From NCBI GenBank assembly GCA_965195285.1, contig CBDAFS010000062.1, positions 1 to 64,000 of the forward strand: 64,000 nucleotides of DNA, read 5' to 3'. The stretch comes from an uncultured Aminicenantes bacterium (lineage in GTDB: Bacteria > Acidobacteriota > Aminicenantia > UBA2199). The translations under genes were made by a program, and so were the position numbers. Under the pieces are notes generated by a model, which was given only the letters and a program-made list of their open reading frames with translations, ran no database searches and was not told the DNA's origin. Below, piece after piece: positions 1 to 9,716 of this stretch (the stretch's first letter is position 1; each line of letters opens with the position of its first letter).

Positions 1-1680
1 ATCATAGAGATTGGCTTTAAAGTCTACCACCTGATATCCGGCCAGTATTCCGCTCTGTCTGGCTTCCTGAATCCCCTTTTCCACGGCCGGAATATAATTT
101 TTGGGAATGGAACCACCAAAAATGGTATCCTCAAACTGAAAATCTTCCCCGCGGGGAAGGTGTTCCATTTTAATCAACACATGGCCGTATTGACCCCGGC
201 CCCCGCTCTGTTTCTTGTATTTGATTTCCACATCTGATTTGCCGGTAATGGTTTCCAGGTAGGGAATTTTCGGGGGTTTCATGATTACGTCAACCCCGTA
301 CTTTTTTCTCAATTTATTGACCACCAGTTCAACATGTAATTGCCCGTTACCCGAAATGATCAATTCCTTGGTCTGGGCCTCTCTCCGTGTTTTCACCGTC
401 GGATCTTCCTCAATGATGCGGTGAATGGCATTTGAAATCTTGTTTTCATCCGCCCTGGATTTGGGTTCTATGGCAAATGAAATGGAGGGGATTGGAAATA
501 CGATTTCCGGAAATTGGATCTTTTTCCCTTTCACGGTCAGGGTATCACCGGTCTGGGTTTCCTTCAATTTGGCAACGGCAACGATCTCTCCCGGGTTTAC
601 CTCGCCCGCTGATTCCTGATTTTTGCCCTGCAGGAAAAACAATCCACCCACCCGTTCTTCAACGGACTTATTGGTATTATGATAATTAGAGTCGGGTTTG
701 AACACACCGGCAAACACTTTAATGATTGAAATTTTTCCGGTAAAAGGATCTGAAATGGTTTTAAATACCAGCCCGGCAAAGGCTTCGGATTTATCAGGCT
801 TAACATGGCCCTCCAGGCATTCTATCTCTCCGGTATCAAGGGGTGAAGGGGTATATTTGATTATAAAATCGATCAGGTGATTGACCCCGATATTGGCCAG
901 GGCATCGGTCAATAGGACCGGAAAAACATCCCGGTTCAGGATTCCAGCCCTCAGCCCAGAGGTAATTTCATCCGTGCTTAAATCGCCTTCATCAAAATAT
1001 TTTTCCATCAGTTTCTCATCATTTTCGGCAATTTTTTCAATCAACTCTTCTCTTGCCTTTTGAATTTCATCGCTCAATTCCGCCGGGATTTCAATGGCCT
1101 CAAAACTCCCCTTTTCATCGCCACTGTATTGATAGGCCTTCATCTCGATCAAATCCACGATCCCGGAAAAATCGCTCCCATTTCCAATCGGGAGCTGGAT
1201 AGCAATGGCATTTTTCCCAAAGGAATCCTTGATAGAAGTATAGGCAGCTTTGAAATCAGCCAGCTCTTTTTTCATCTTATTGATCACGAGAATCAGGGAA
1301 CGGTTCGATTCTTGAGTGTATTCAAAAACTTTTTCGGACTGTACTTTAACCCCCTCGATAGCATTGACCAGTAGAACCGCGGTTTCGACCGCTCTTAAAC
1401 TGACCCTGGCTTCCCAGATAAAATTGGCATAGCCCGGGGTATCGATCATATTGATCTTGTGATTATCCTTCACACAATAGGCCAGGGCAGCTTGGATTGA
1501 AATTTTCTTCTCAATTTCATCTTCATCGTAATCGGTAACCGTGTTTCCTTGATCAACCTTACCCAAACGGTTCACCATTCCGGTGTTATATATAATAGCG
1601 GAAACCAGGCTGGTTTTTCCGGTCTGACCGTGCCCCACAAAAGCCACATTTTTTAAACTTTCACTTGATACATCTTTCAT
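1..1680 (-). CDS. fusA: Elongation factor G paralog (EF-G2 type), 3' end runs off the window
   Basis: Not in ORF track; read manually from ATG 1680 after GGAGG: MKDVSSESLKNVAFVGHGQTGKTS...MIDTPGY...KKQSGGRGQYGHV. Confidence 0.93.
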   Translation of the reverse strand, partial: MKDVSSESLKNVAFVGHGQTGKTSLVSAIIYNTGMVNRLGKVDQGNTVTDYDEDEIEKKISIQAALAYCVKDNHKINMIDTPGYANFIWEARVSLRAVETAVLLVNAIEGVKVQSEKVFEYTQESNRSLILVINKMKKELADFKAAYTSIKDSFGKNAIAIQLPIGNGSDFSGIVDLIEMKAYQYSGDEKGSFEAIEIPAELSDEIQKAREELIEKIAENDEKLMEKYFDEGDLSTDEITSGLRAGILNRDVFPVLLTDALANIGVNHLIDFIIKYTPSPLDTGEIECLEGHVKPDKSEAFAGLVFKTISDPFTGKISIIKVFAGVFKPDSNYHNTNKSVEERVGGLFFLQGKNQESAGEVNPGEIVAVAKLKETQTGDTLTVKGKKIQFPEIVFPIPSISFAIEPKSRADENKISNAIHRIIEEDPTVKTRREAQTKELIISGNGQLHVELVVNKLRKKYGVDVIMKPPKIPYLETITGKSDVEIKYKKQSGGRGQYGHVLIKMEHLPRGEDFQFEDTIFGGSIPKNYIPAVEKGIQEARQSGILAGYQVVDFKANLYD

Positions 1681-1760
1681 GTTCTTTTCCTCCTGATCTC
1701 ATCTTTTAAGTTCTGTGAATAGCTGCCACCACAACATCTTGTGTGAATAAATAATGCTAC

Positions 1761-1789
1761 ATAATAAGCGATGAGACTCACTTTGTCAA
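1761..1789 (-). promoter_or_regulatory. sigma70-type promoter of fusA paralog
   Basis: TTGACA-17 bp-TATTAT on minus strand. Confidence 0.6.
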
Positions 1790-1867
1790 GGTTGTTTTCA
1801 GGATACGAGCCACTGGATCATTTGATTTCCATCCGGAAAAATTATAAACTACTCCCGAGAGAACAAA

Positions 1868-4270
1868 ATGATTGACTCAGAGCAAGAGCTCAGTTATCTG
1901 TCCCGCTTTCCGCTTTTAATAACCTATTTTTTTGTCGGGTTCTATGCCATCATTATCCAAACCGTGGTTTGCAGAGAACTTTTAGTGGTCGCACTGGGAA
2001 ACGAAATCGTTTTCGGCATTTCTCTCTTCAACTGGTTGATCGGGGTCTTTTTCGGGGCCCGGCTGGGAAGTTTTCGGGTGAAACGGACCACCCGCATGCT
2101 AAGGACATTCACATTATCTCTTCTGTTCATGTTGATTTTTTCTCCCCTGGCCACCACCGGCATCCGGCTGCTCTATCATTTGAGCCGGACCCCGGCCGGA
2201 AGCCACCTTCACTTCCTCCAGGTATTTTACCTGTCAGCAGCCTGCATCATTCCCCTGAGCTTTGCCATCGGTTTCACCTTTCCCATCGCCTCTACATTAT
2301 TCTTTTACCGACATAACCGGACCAAGGATAAGGTGACCTTCATTTCAAAAATATACATCGTTGAATCCCTGGGTTCCCTGCTTGGAGGCATCGTGGTCAG
2401 CTTTATTCTGGTAGAACATTTCAATTCATACACCATTCTGTCAATGGTCTCGTTACCCCTAATGTTCATGCTGGCCTTCCTGACCTTTCGGGCCCGGCAT
2501 ATCATTTTATTTTTGATCATCACAACCATCGGCCTGGTCGATCTGGTCACCCTGATGCCTTCAATCAATCGGCAGATTAACCGGATCACCATTCAAAAAC
2601 GGTGGCAGGGATTTTCTTCCAGTGAGCTGGTTTGGATCCGGGATTCGCGTTATCAAAACCTCATGCTGGGAAAAATCCATGAACAGTACAATTTGTATTT
2701 CAACGGGCAGTTTTCAACCAGCTTCCCGGAACCCACGGACAATCGGATCTTCTCAGCTCATCTCATCTGCCAGCACCCCGGCCCGAAAAAAATCCTGATC
2801 ATCGGTGAAGCCATAAGCGGGCTGGCCAGACACCTGCTGGAATACAATATCAATAAGCTGAAATCCATTGAACTGGATGAGGCCTCCATTGAAGGAATCA
2901 AACCATTCCTTCCCCGACCGGATCAATCTATATTTTCTGACCCCCGGTTTTCCATCCAAATCGGGGACGGCCGGAAAGCCATCAGAGAAAAGAGTCCCGA
3001 AAATTCAGACTGGGATATTATTTTTATCAATATAGCCGAGCCCTCAACCCTTTTGTTAAATCGCTACTACACCCAGGAATTTTTCAGGGATGCCGCAGCC
3101 GTTCTGGCCAGAGACGGAATCCTCTGCCTGCGAATCACTTCCTCTGAAAATTACAGTGCCGGCTTTGTCAGCCAATATACCGCTTCTATTTATCACACCC
3201 TGAAAACGGTATTTCCCCGTATTGTCATTGCCCCGGGAGATAAAAATGTCTTTTTCGCCAGCCAATCCCCGGGCGTAATCACCGGGTCTGCCCGTATTCT
3301 GGGGCAACGGTACCGGGAAACCGGCATGCAGCCTGCCCGGCTGGGATTGATTTTTAAATCATTGTACCCCCGGGAAAAAACCGATTTCATTTCCCGCTCT
3401 CTCGAGATGCAAACCAATCCAGTCATTAACACCGATCAAAAACCCGTCTCTCTCCTGTATTTCAACAAAATACTGGGCTGGACCAGCAGTGGCCAATCCG
3501 GAGTCATCCTCTCCTTTTTTGAGCTGACAAATTTGTTCCGGATCTCGATCATATTATTTGCACTTCTCCTGGCCCGCTGGATATTCCTGCTGTTCAAGGC
3601 CGTTTATCATTACCTGGCCTCCAAAAAGCAGGCTTCAACTCCGGGACTGGCTACCTTGCTGAAAAAATCTTTGCTTGCCCGCTTCAATATCATTTTTATA
3701 GTGGTTGCTACCGGGTTCTCCGGCCTATCACTTGAAATCCTGATCATTTACTCATTTCAAAACATCTATGGTTATGTCTATCAATTCATTGGATTTATCA
3801 TTGCCCTTTTCATGACCGGACTGCCGCTGGGAGCCCAGATATCGACAAAATGGATGAATCAAAAAAAGCGTGACCGTTTCCAGCAATTTGGATGGCTGCT
3901 GCTCATTCAAATCTGCTTCATGGTCCTGGCACTGGTTTTCCCGCTTTTATTGAAGATGGCCACAATAATGGGCCTGACCGGAAAAATCTTAATCTGCTGC
4001 CTGATCGCCCTGGATGGAGTTCTGGTGGGAGCCCTTTTCCCGGTGGCCCTCCAGGTCTATATTCAAAAGAAAGATCAGGCGGCTGTGGCTGCAGGGATCA
4101 TTGATGCCTCGGATCATCTGGGAGCCGCTATCGGGGCGCTTTTTACCGGTGCACTGCTGCTGCCCATTCTGGGCATTTCCGGAATCAGTAATCTGATTGC
4201 CATCATATCGGCTATTTCGGTGACACTCCTGATTCCACATATTGTAATGCCCCGCAGAACGATCAATTGA
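1868..4270 (+). CDS. Membrane-fused spermidine synthase-like (MFS/SpeE-type) protein
   Basis: N- and C-terminal multi-TM blocks around a SAM-fold domain (SRYQ, ILIIGE, DPRF..IGDGR, YYTQEFF). Confidence 0.8.
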   Translation: MIDSEQELSYLSRFPLLITYFFVGFYAIIIQTVVCRELLVVALGNEIVFGISLFNWLIGVFFGARLGSFRVKRTTRMLRTFTLSLLFMLIFSPLATTGIRLLYHLSRTPAGSHLHFLQVFYLSAACIIPLSFAIGFTFPIASTLFFYRHNRTKDKVTFISKIYIVESLGSLLGGIVVSFILVEHFNSYTILSMVSLPLMFMLAFLTFRARHIILFLIITTIGLVDLVTLMPSINRQINRITIQKRWQGFSSSELVWIRDSRYQNLMLGKIHEQYNLYFNGQFSTSFPEPTDNRIFSAHLICQHPGPKKILIIGEAISGLARHLLEYNINKLKSIELDEASIEGIKPFLPRPDQSIFSDPRFSIQIGDGRKAIREKSPENSDWDIIFINIAEPSTLLLNRYYTQEFFRDAAAVLARDGILCLRITSSENYSAGFVSQYTASIYHTLKTVFPRIVIAPGDKNVFFASQSPGVITGSARILGQRYRETGMQPARLGLIFKSLYPREKTDFISRSLEMQTNPVINTDQKPVSLLYFNKILGWTSSGQSGVILSFFELTNLFRISIILFALLLARWIFLLFKAVYHYLASKKQASTPGLATLLKKSLLARFNIIFIVVATGFSGLSLEILIIYSFQNIYGYVYQFIGFIIALFMTGLPLGAQISTKWMNQKKRDRFQQFGWLLLIQICFMVLALVFPLLLKMATIMGLTGKILICCLIALDGVLVGALFPVALQVYIQKKDQAAVAAGIIDASDHLGAAIGALFTGALLLPILGISGISNLIAIISAISVTLLIPHIVMPRRTIN

Positions 4271-4282
4271 AGAATATCCTGA

Positions 4283-4972
4283 TTATTTTTCTTTTCTCTC
4301 CATGATATCCAGATCGGAACCATTCTCGATCATTCCAGCTGAAAGTCGTGATTCCGGTGATTTGGAGAGGGAAAAATTTCGAAACTGGGCCTCTACCTTA
4401 TTAACATAAGAGTAGTTTTTATATTTATAACCGTTGTTGTACAGATGAAGCGCCCGTTTCAGATTCCCTTTGGATTCCAGGTAATACCGCTTGAGGATCT
4501 GCAACCCCAGATCAATATTATAATCAATATCGAAAATCCGTTTTTTATCAATGCCCAGTTCATCCTTCCATACTGAAAAATTCACCTGCATCAAACCATA
4601 GGCTCCTCTCCGGGATACGGCCCGGGGATTATACCCGCTCTCAACCTTCATCATGCTCAGAACAAGCTCAGGTTGAAACCCGTAATGGGTACTTTTTTTA
4701 TACACCGATTTGGTAATCCTGGACAAATGCGGGTCTCGTTTTTCAAATACATTGGCCTTGAAGGCCAGAAAATCATAGTTGCCCAATTGGGTCCTGGCCA
4801 GGTTCATCTGGCTTTCCAACTGCTCCAGCTCAGCAGAGAGACTGCTGATCTTCAAATGCTTTTCCCGGTAACTGGTATTGAATTCGACCAGGGCCAGAAA
4901 AACACCCACCAGTCCCACGCCAAAGAGAGCTATCAATAAGTAAAATGATTTTTTCAAATTCCGCCTAAACAT
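4283..4972 (-). CDS. Lytic transglycosylase (SLT domain), membrane anchored
   Basis: MKVESGYNPRAVSRRGAYGLMQV and ALHLYN motifs; N-terminal TM and coiled coil. Confidence 0.9.
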   Translation of the reverse strand: MFRRNLKKSFYLLIALFGVGLVGVFLALVEFNTSYREKHLKISSLSAELEQLESQMNLARTQLGNYDFLAFKANVFEKRDPHLSRITKSVYKKSTHYGFQPELVLSMMKVESGYNPRAVSRRGAYGLMQVNFSVWKDELGIDKKRIFDIDYNIDLGLQILKRYYLESKGNLKRALHLYNNGYKYKNYSYVNKVEAQFRNFSLSKSPESRLSAGMIENGSDLDIMERKEK

Positions 4973-5037
4973 GCTTCATGCCTTTTAAATTATAATTATA
5001 TAATATAAGAAAAACAAAAATCAATGGTTTGGTCCAT

Positions 5038-6075
5038 TCAAATATTTCGGATTTTCCGGGTAAAACGGCATTCCGGGTAATTGCTGCAACCCAGAAAGGA
5101 ACCGAATTTCCCCTTTCTTTCCCGGAGTACGCTCCCGCATTCCGGGCAAATCTCCCGGGCATCCCGGGATCGCTCAGAATCTCTGAAATCCAGGATATAG
5201 CGGCATTCCGGGTAATTGCTGCAACCCAGAAAGGAACCGAATTTTCCCTTTCTTTTCCTCAATACACTTCCACACTCCGGACAGAATTGCTCTGGTTCCT
5301 GTTGTTCAGATGTATCCTGAAAGCCCAGATCCTTGACCGACTCATGGGCGAATTCGCAAATCCCGTGATACCCGCACCACTGGCACAATCGGGACGGGTT
5401 AGCCGGGAAATGCTCGGTTTTCCGGATTGATTCAATCTCGCTTTCCAGCTGTCCGGAAACCTCTGCCATCAGGTTTCGGTTATACGGGGTCACAATGGTT
5501 TTCCGGGACTGCAAGTCTTCATAACACAACTCAATGTTTTCATCCGGATGCTGGCCGAAAATATACAGGGCATAGGATGGAAGCTGCAGATTATCCAAGG
5601 GATCAGAGACCTTTCCGGTCTTAAAATCGGTTATCCGGATACCACCATCCGGCTGGCGGGCCACCCGGTCAATGATTCCCCGGTAGGCAATATCGGCCTT
5701 TAGAGAAATCTCAAACCGGTGTTCCAGCATCAGGGTGGTACTGCTGTCAGCCGGGAACACCCTCTGAAAAAAAGAATCCAGTAAGTCCAGCCCTTTCAAG
5801 AAATAATCTTCAAGACTTTTTTCCACCCGGATAATTCTTACCTGGTGAAGTTCCGGGATATTCCAACTCTTTTCATAAACCGCTCTCATTCCGGTCAGAT
5901 CCGGTTCCTCCTGCTTCAATCGTTCGGCATAGGCCCAATTCAGAATTTCATGAACACAGGTCCCCATATGCCGTTCAACGGATACAAAAGCCTCCTTTAC
6001 CTTCTTGATGTATTTGAATTCAAAGGACTTGGGACAGGATTTAAAGGAAGAAATCGCCGAATAACTGAAATTCAT
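5038..6075 (-). CDS. PD-(D/E)XK (RecB/AddB-like) nuclease with two C-terminal topoisomerase-type C4 zinc ribbons
   Basis: SYSAI...CP, GIIDRV...ITDFKTG, LCQWCGYHGIC; two CPECG...GKFGSFLGCSNYPEC repeats. Confidence 0.85.
   Translation of the reverse strand: MNFSYSAISSFKSCPKSFEFKYIKKVKEAFVSVERHMGTCVHEILNWAYAERLKQEEPDLTGMRAVYEKSWNIPELHQVRIIRVEKSLEDYFLKGLDLLDSFFQRVFPADSSTTLMLEHRFEISLKADIAYRGIIDRVARQPDGGIRITDFKTGKVSDPLDNLQLPSYALYIFGQHPDENIELCYEDLQSRKTIVTPYNRNLMAEVSGQLESEIESIRKTEHFPANPSRLCQWCGYHGICEFAHESVKDLGFQDTSEQQEPEQFCPECGSVLRKRKGKFGSFLGCSNYPECRYILDFRDSERSRDAREICPECGSVLRERKGKFGSFLGCSNYPECRFTRKIRNI
5066..5283. repeat. Intragenic 135-bp-period duplication encoding the two Zn ribbons
   Basis: 5066-5109 and 5201-5244 are identical over 44 bp. 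Confidence 0.9.
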
Positions 6076-6081
6076 TTGGTT

Positions 6082-7116
6082 TTAGGGTTGTCGCTGAATA
6101 ATTCTGGGAATTACAAATAACTCAACCCTTCGGTTTTTAGCTCTGCCCATCCGGGAGTCGTTGTCGGCAATCGGTTTGTATTCCCCGTATCCAGCCGCGG
6201 TTAATTTTTCAGGTTTCAGGCCCTTGGTTGTCAGGTATTTGACCACCTCAATAGCCCGGTAAGTTGACAAATCCCAGTTGGAATTGTACTGGTGTCTGAA
6301 TTCCTTTTTGATGGGAACATTATCGGTATGCCCGGCAATAAACAGGTCGTTCTTCTGGGTGCTCTTCAGAAAGACCGGCAATACCGATTCCAGCAAATCA
6401 ATACCCGAGGCTTTCAGTTGATGACTTCCCGAATCAAACAGAATGTCTCCCTTAAAACTGACTTTCAACCGTCCATCCTCGATTTTGGTCTCCAGATCAA
6501 TTACAATATTTTTTAAATCCGTTCGAATATCTTTCAATTCCTGGATGTAATTTTTCTGCCGGTCAACTTCCCGCTTGTAAACCTCAACTTCTTCCAGATT
6601 CTTATTGAGCTCCAGGTTTTTTTCCCTCAGTTTGGTATTCATATTCACCAGTTCCAGGTTCAAACCGGCCAATTTTTCTCTCAGTATTCCCCTGGACACA
6701 TCCAGGATGGTTTTAATCTTTTCATTGACGCCCTCTTTGACCTCGCGAATGGAATCATCATCGGAGGCAGTCGGCTTGAATAGCATTTCGTTGGAGGGGG
6801 GGCGCAGTATTATTTTACCCATGGTTCCATCAGCATCCGAAGTTCCGGCCAGCAAAGACTCTTTGGTCAGGTTAAAATAATCTTTGGTCTGTATTTCCTT
6901 CAGAAAATGTCCCAGGCCGGCCTGTTTCTTTTTCAGCTCGGCCTCAATCTCATGATAGCGTTGCCGGCATTTGGCCAGCTGGTTTTCCAGGCTTTTTCTG
7001 GTCAGAAAAACCTCTTTATCAAAAAGTTGATTGACCGCATTCAGAATGGGTTCGGATATGACCAGTCCCAGAATAAAAATCCCTATCAATAAAACCACCA
7101 AAATCGCTTTTTTCAT
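6082..7116 (-). CDS. OmpA/MotB family peptidoglycan-binding protein
   Basis: ILFDSGS, GHTDNVP, NWDLSTYRA, GYGEYKP, NRRVE; start moved to ATG after AAGGAG. Confidence 0.88.
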   Translation of the reverse strand: MKKAILVVLLIGIFILGLVISEPILNAVNQLFDKEVFLTRKSLENQLAKCRQRYHEIEAELKKKQAGLGHFLKEIQTKDYFNLTKESLLAGTSDADGTMGKIILRPPSNEMLFKPTASDDDSIREVKEGVNEKIKTILDVSRGILREKLAGLNLELVNMNTKLREKNLELNKNLEEVEVYKREVDRQKNYIQELKDIRTDLKNIVIDLETKIEDGRLKVSFKGDILFDSGSHQLKASGIDLLESVLPVFLKSTQKNDLFIAGHTDNVPIKKEFRHQYNSNWDLSTYRAIEVVKYLTTKGLKPEKLTAAGYGEYKPIADNDSRMGRAKNRRVELFVIPRIIQRQP

Positions 7117-7160
7117 TCCAGTTCTCCTTATCAATATATTGATATTAAAAATGAATTATT

Positions 7161-9341
7161 TCAAATTCCGGTTTCCATCTCTTTCAGCAGATGGGATGCG
7201 TTACCGAATTTTTCAATGAACCAGAGAATGTAACGGATATCAACCCCGATGGAACGGCTGTATTTTTCATTCCAGGCATAATCATTGATGGTGGCTTCAA
7301 AAGTACGATCAAAATTCAGGCCGACGAGTTCCCCTCTGGCATTTAAAACCGGACTGCCCGAATTCCCCCCGGTGGTATCGGCATTGTACAGCATGGCAAC
7401 CGGGACATCATTCAACCCGGGATGCTTGAACAGCCCGAAATCCCGCTGGCGGAACAGTTCCAGAAGCCGGGGCGGTGCCCGGAAGGGGAAAAAACCGGTA
7501 TTCTTTTCTACAATCCCCTTCAGGGTGGTAAGCGGCCGGTAGTATACCGCATCCCGGGGGTAATACCCGCGGATGTGTCCAAAGGTCAGACGCAGGGTAC
7601 TGTTGGCATCAGGGATAAAGTTTCGGCCCAGAAATTGTTTTTTTATATCACTGAGCTGAGCGGACAAATCATCCATAATTCCTTTTCGCTGCTTGGAGAT
7701 CTCATCCAGTTTCCGGTACTGGAGGTACAGGGATATGGCCAGGTCCATGAAAGGATCATTGATTTTTTTCAGTTCCAGACTGTTCAGGGCAAACAATTTT
7801 TCCACTACCTCGGGCCGGGCCAGCCGGGTTTCGGCATAGGATTTCTTCAAAAAATCATCAATAGACTGTTCATAACCGGAGAGGTCCGCTTCCACTGTTT
7901 TCCCATCCTTTATACCCAGCAGTCTGTCAACCCCGTTTATCCGCTGGCCTTCCAATTTCAAGGTCCTCATTAAAAATTCCTTGAATATAACCGCATCCGT
8001 TGGCTGGTGGAAATCTTTCAATCTCAACATCAACCGTTTCCGGGTCCGCTCGAATTTCCGGTCCATATAGGCCGGTTTTCTCTCGCTATCGTCCTTCTGA
8101 CGCTCGATGGAGGCCTCATACAGGGTGTGAGCGGTATAGAGCAAGTAGGAACTGCCCTTTAGAAAACCCATGAGCAGCTCAAAATCAGCGGTCAGGGTTT
8201 TCTGTTGATAAAAGTTTTTGATCCTTTCCAGCAAGTTGCCATAACGATTCTGACGATCGGGATGGGAAAGGATGAATTTCTGCAATCGGTATTCCTGGGC
8301 GGATTTCTCCTTGATCAGCCCGATTCTTTCCAGGCCAATCAATTTTCCCCGGTAATTTTTCAATCGATTGGAAAGATTCTTGATCCGGGAGACCAATTTC
8401 AGTTCAACCGAACGCTCCCGGTAGCCCGGGGCTTCCAGTGCCGATATCATCCAGGCACTTGCCTGCACCACATAGGGCATGCGAATCTCCTTTTCAAAGG
8501 CAATGAAATATGAAGTCCGATGCCGGTAGGTACGCCCGGGGTATCCTAACAGAAAGACCAGATCTTCCTCATTCACTCCCCGGGGATTTATCTTTAAATA
8601 CCTTCTGGGATGAAAGGGGATATTTTCCGGAGAATAATCGGCCGGTTTTCCATCCGGACCCACATAGGCCCTGAGAAAAGAAAAATCACCGGTATGGCGG
8701 GGCCACATCCAGTTATCCTCCTCACCACCGAATTCTCCGATATCATGGGGCGGGGCATAGACCAGCCGGATGTCCTTCAGGTAGGACGAAATGAAGAGCA
8801 CATAGGTCTGACCCGGGAACATTTCCGCCACTTTCGCCCGTTTTCCGGGATGCTTTTTCTCGGCCTCGATGACCAGTTGTTTTGTCTTTTTCTCAATGGC
8901 CTTGGTCCTCTGGGCAAAAGTCATTTTATTATTGATGACACTGAGTACCTCTGCAGAAACATCCCGGTAGGTTTCGGTAATTCGCACCGTATACGCCTTG
9001 GCTTCCTTTTCCTGGCTGCGGTCACCGGCTGAAAAACCGTTTTTCAGATAATCCTTCTCTTTGCAGCTGGCCGACTGGATGGCCCGGAACGAACAATGGT
9101 GATTGGTCAATATCAATCCGTCAGCGGAAACAAAGGACCCGGTACAAAAGCTTAAATCGGCAATGGCATCGATGATGCTGATTCCCTGCGGATTGTAGAT
9201 ATCCGTGGGATCGATCATGAATCCCATTGATTTTAAATCCAGCTTGTGGATTTCACTCAGGGGGTACATGCCCTCCTCGGAAAACAGCTGGCTACCGATT
9301 ATTAAGATGAATACCAGACTCAGTATGATTTTAAATTTCAT
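7161..9341 (-). CDS. S46 family dipeptidyl peptidase (DPP11-like)
   Basis: Signal peptide, EGMYP, TNHHC, NWMWPRHTGDFS, TTGGNSGSPV, GLNFDR. Confidence 0.92.
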   Translation of the reverse strand: MKFKIILSLVFILIIGSQLFSEEGMYPLSEIHKLDLKSMGFMIDPTDIYNPQGISIIDAIADLSFCTGSFVSADGLILTNHHCSFRAIQSASCKEKDYLKNGFSAGDRSQEKEAKAYTVRITETYRDVSAEVLSVINNKMTFAQRTKAIEKKTKQLVIEAEKKHPGKRAKVAEMFPGQTYVLFISSYLKDIRLVYAPPHDIGEFGGEEDNWMWPRHTGDFSFLRAYVGPDGKPADYSPENIPFHPRRYLKINPRGVNEEDLVFLLGYPGRTYRHRTSYFIAFEKEIRMPYVVQASAWMISALEAPGYRERSVELKLVSRIKNLSNRLKNYRGKLIGLERIGLIKEKSAQEYRLQKFILSHPDRQNRYGNLLERIKNFYQQKTLTADFELLMGFLKGSSYLLYTAHTLYEASIERQKDDSERKPAYMDRKFERTRKRLMLRLKDFHQPTDAVIFKEFLMRTLKLEGQRINGVDRLLGIKDGKTVEADLSGYEQSIDDFLKKSYAETRLARPEVVEKLFALNSLELKKINDPFMDLAISLYLQYRKLDEISKQRKGIMDDLSAQLSDIKKQFLGRNFIPDANSTLRLTFGHIRGYYPRDAVYYRPLTTLKGIVEKNTGFFPFRAPPRLLELFRQRDFGLFKHPGLNDVPVAMLYNADTTGGNSGSPVLNARGELVGLNFDRTFEATINDYAWNEKYSRSIGVDIRYILWFIEKFGNASHLLKEMETGI

Positions 9342-9525
9342 ATGTATTTCTCCTGAAAATTTAAATTAACTATGTATAATATATAAAAACCCAACCTTTT
9401 TCAAATCCAGATAATTCATTTTCCCCTATTAAATGCAAGGAGATGTTGTTCGGTCACCATTACAGGTAAAGGAAAAGAAAAAAACGTGATGCGTAAGGAC
9501 GTAAGACGTGAAGATTGATAGTAAT

Positions 9526-9700
9526 CTGGTCATGAGAGCTTTCTGGAAATCGTCATTAAAGCTCTCTCATTCTTGTCAGGTAAACTCTCTTTCACTTGTC
9601 AGTAAAGTAGTTCTTAAAAGCTCTTAATGACGTGAGCGTAGTGAACAAATGACGCATGCTCTGCATGCACCTGACGTGACCAACGGTCACAAATGACCAG
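9526..9700. repeat. Phased GTCA x4 / TGAC x4 repeat element with 8-bp terminal inverted repeat
   Basis: GTCA at 9529/9552/9575/9598, TGAC at 9628/9650/9672/9694; ends CTGGTCAT...ATGACCAG. Confidence 0.75.
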
Positions 9701-9716
9701 TATGTTCCAATCTCTG

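Noticed and set aside
425-1374. Plus-strand ORFs over fusA, and similar short antisense ORFs throughout the window
   Set aside because: Shadow ORFs opposite well-supported genes, with no independent motifs
5038-6075. cas4 call, and DGR template/variable repeat pair
   Set aside because: No CRISPR context; repeat mismatches are not adenine-specific and there is no reverse transcriptase
9526-9700. CRISPR array
   Set aside because: The constant part is only 4-7 bp and inserts are 15-19 nt, far below CRISPR dimensions; no cas genes nearby
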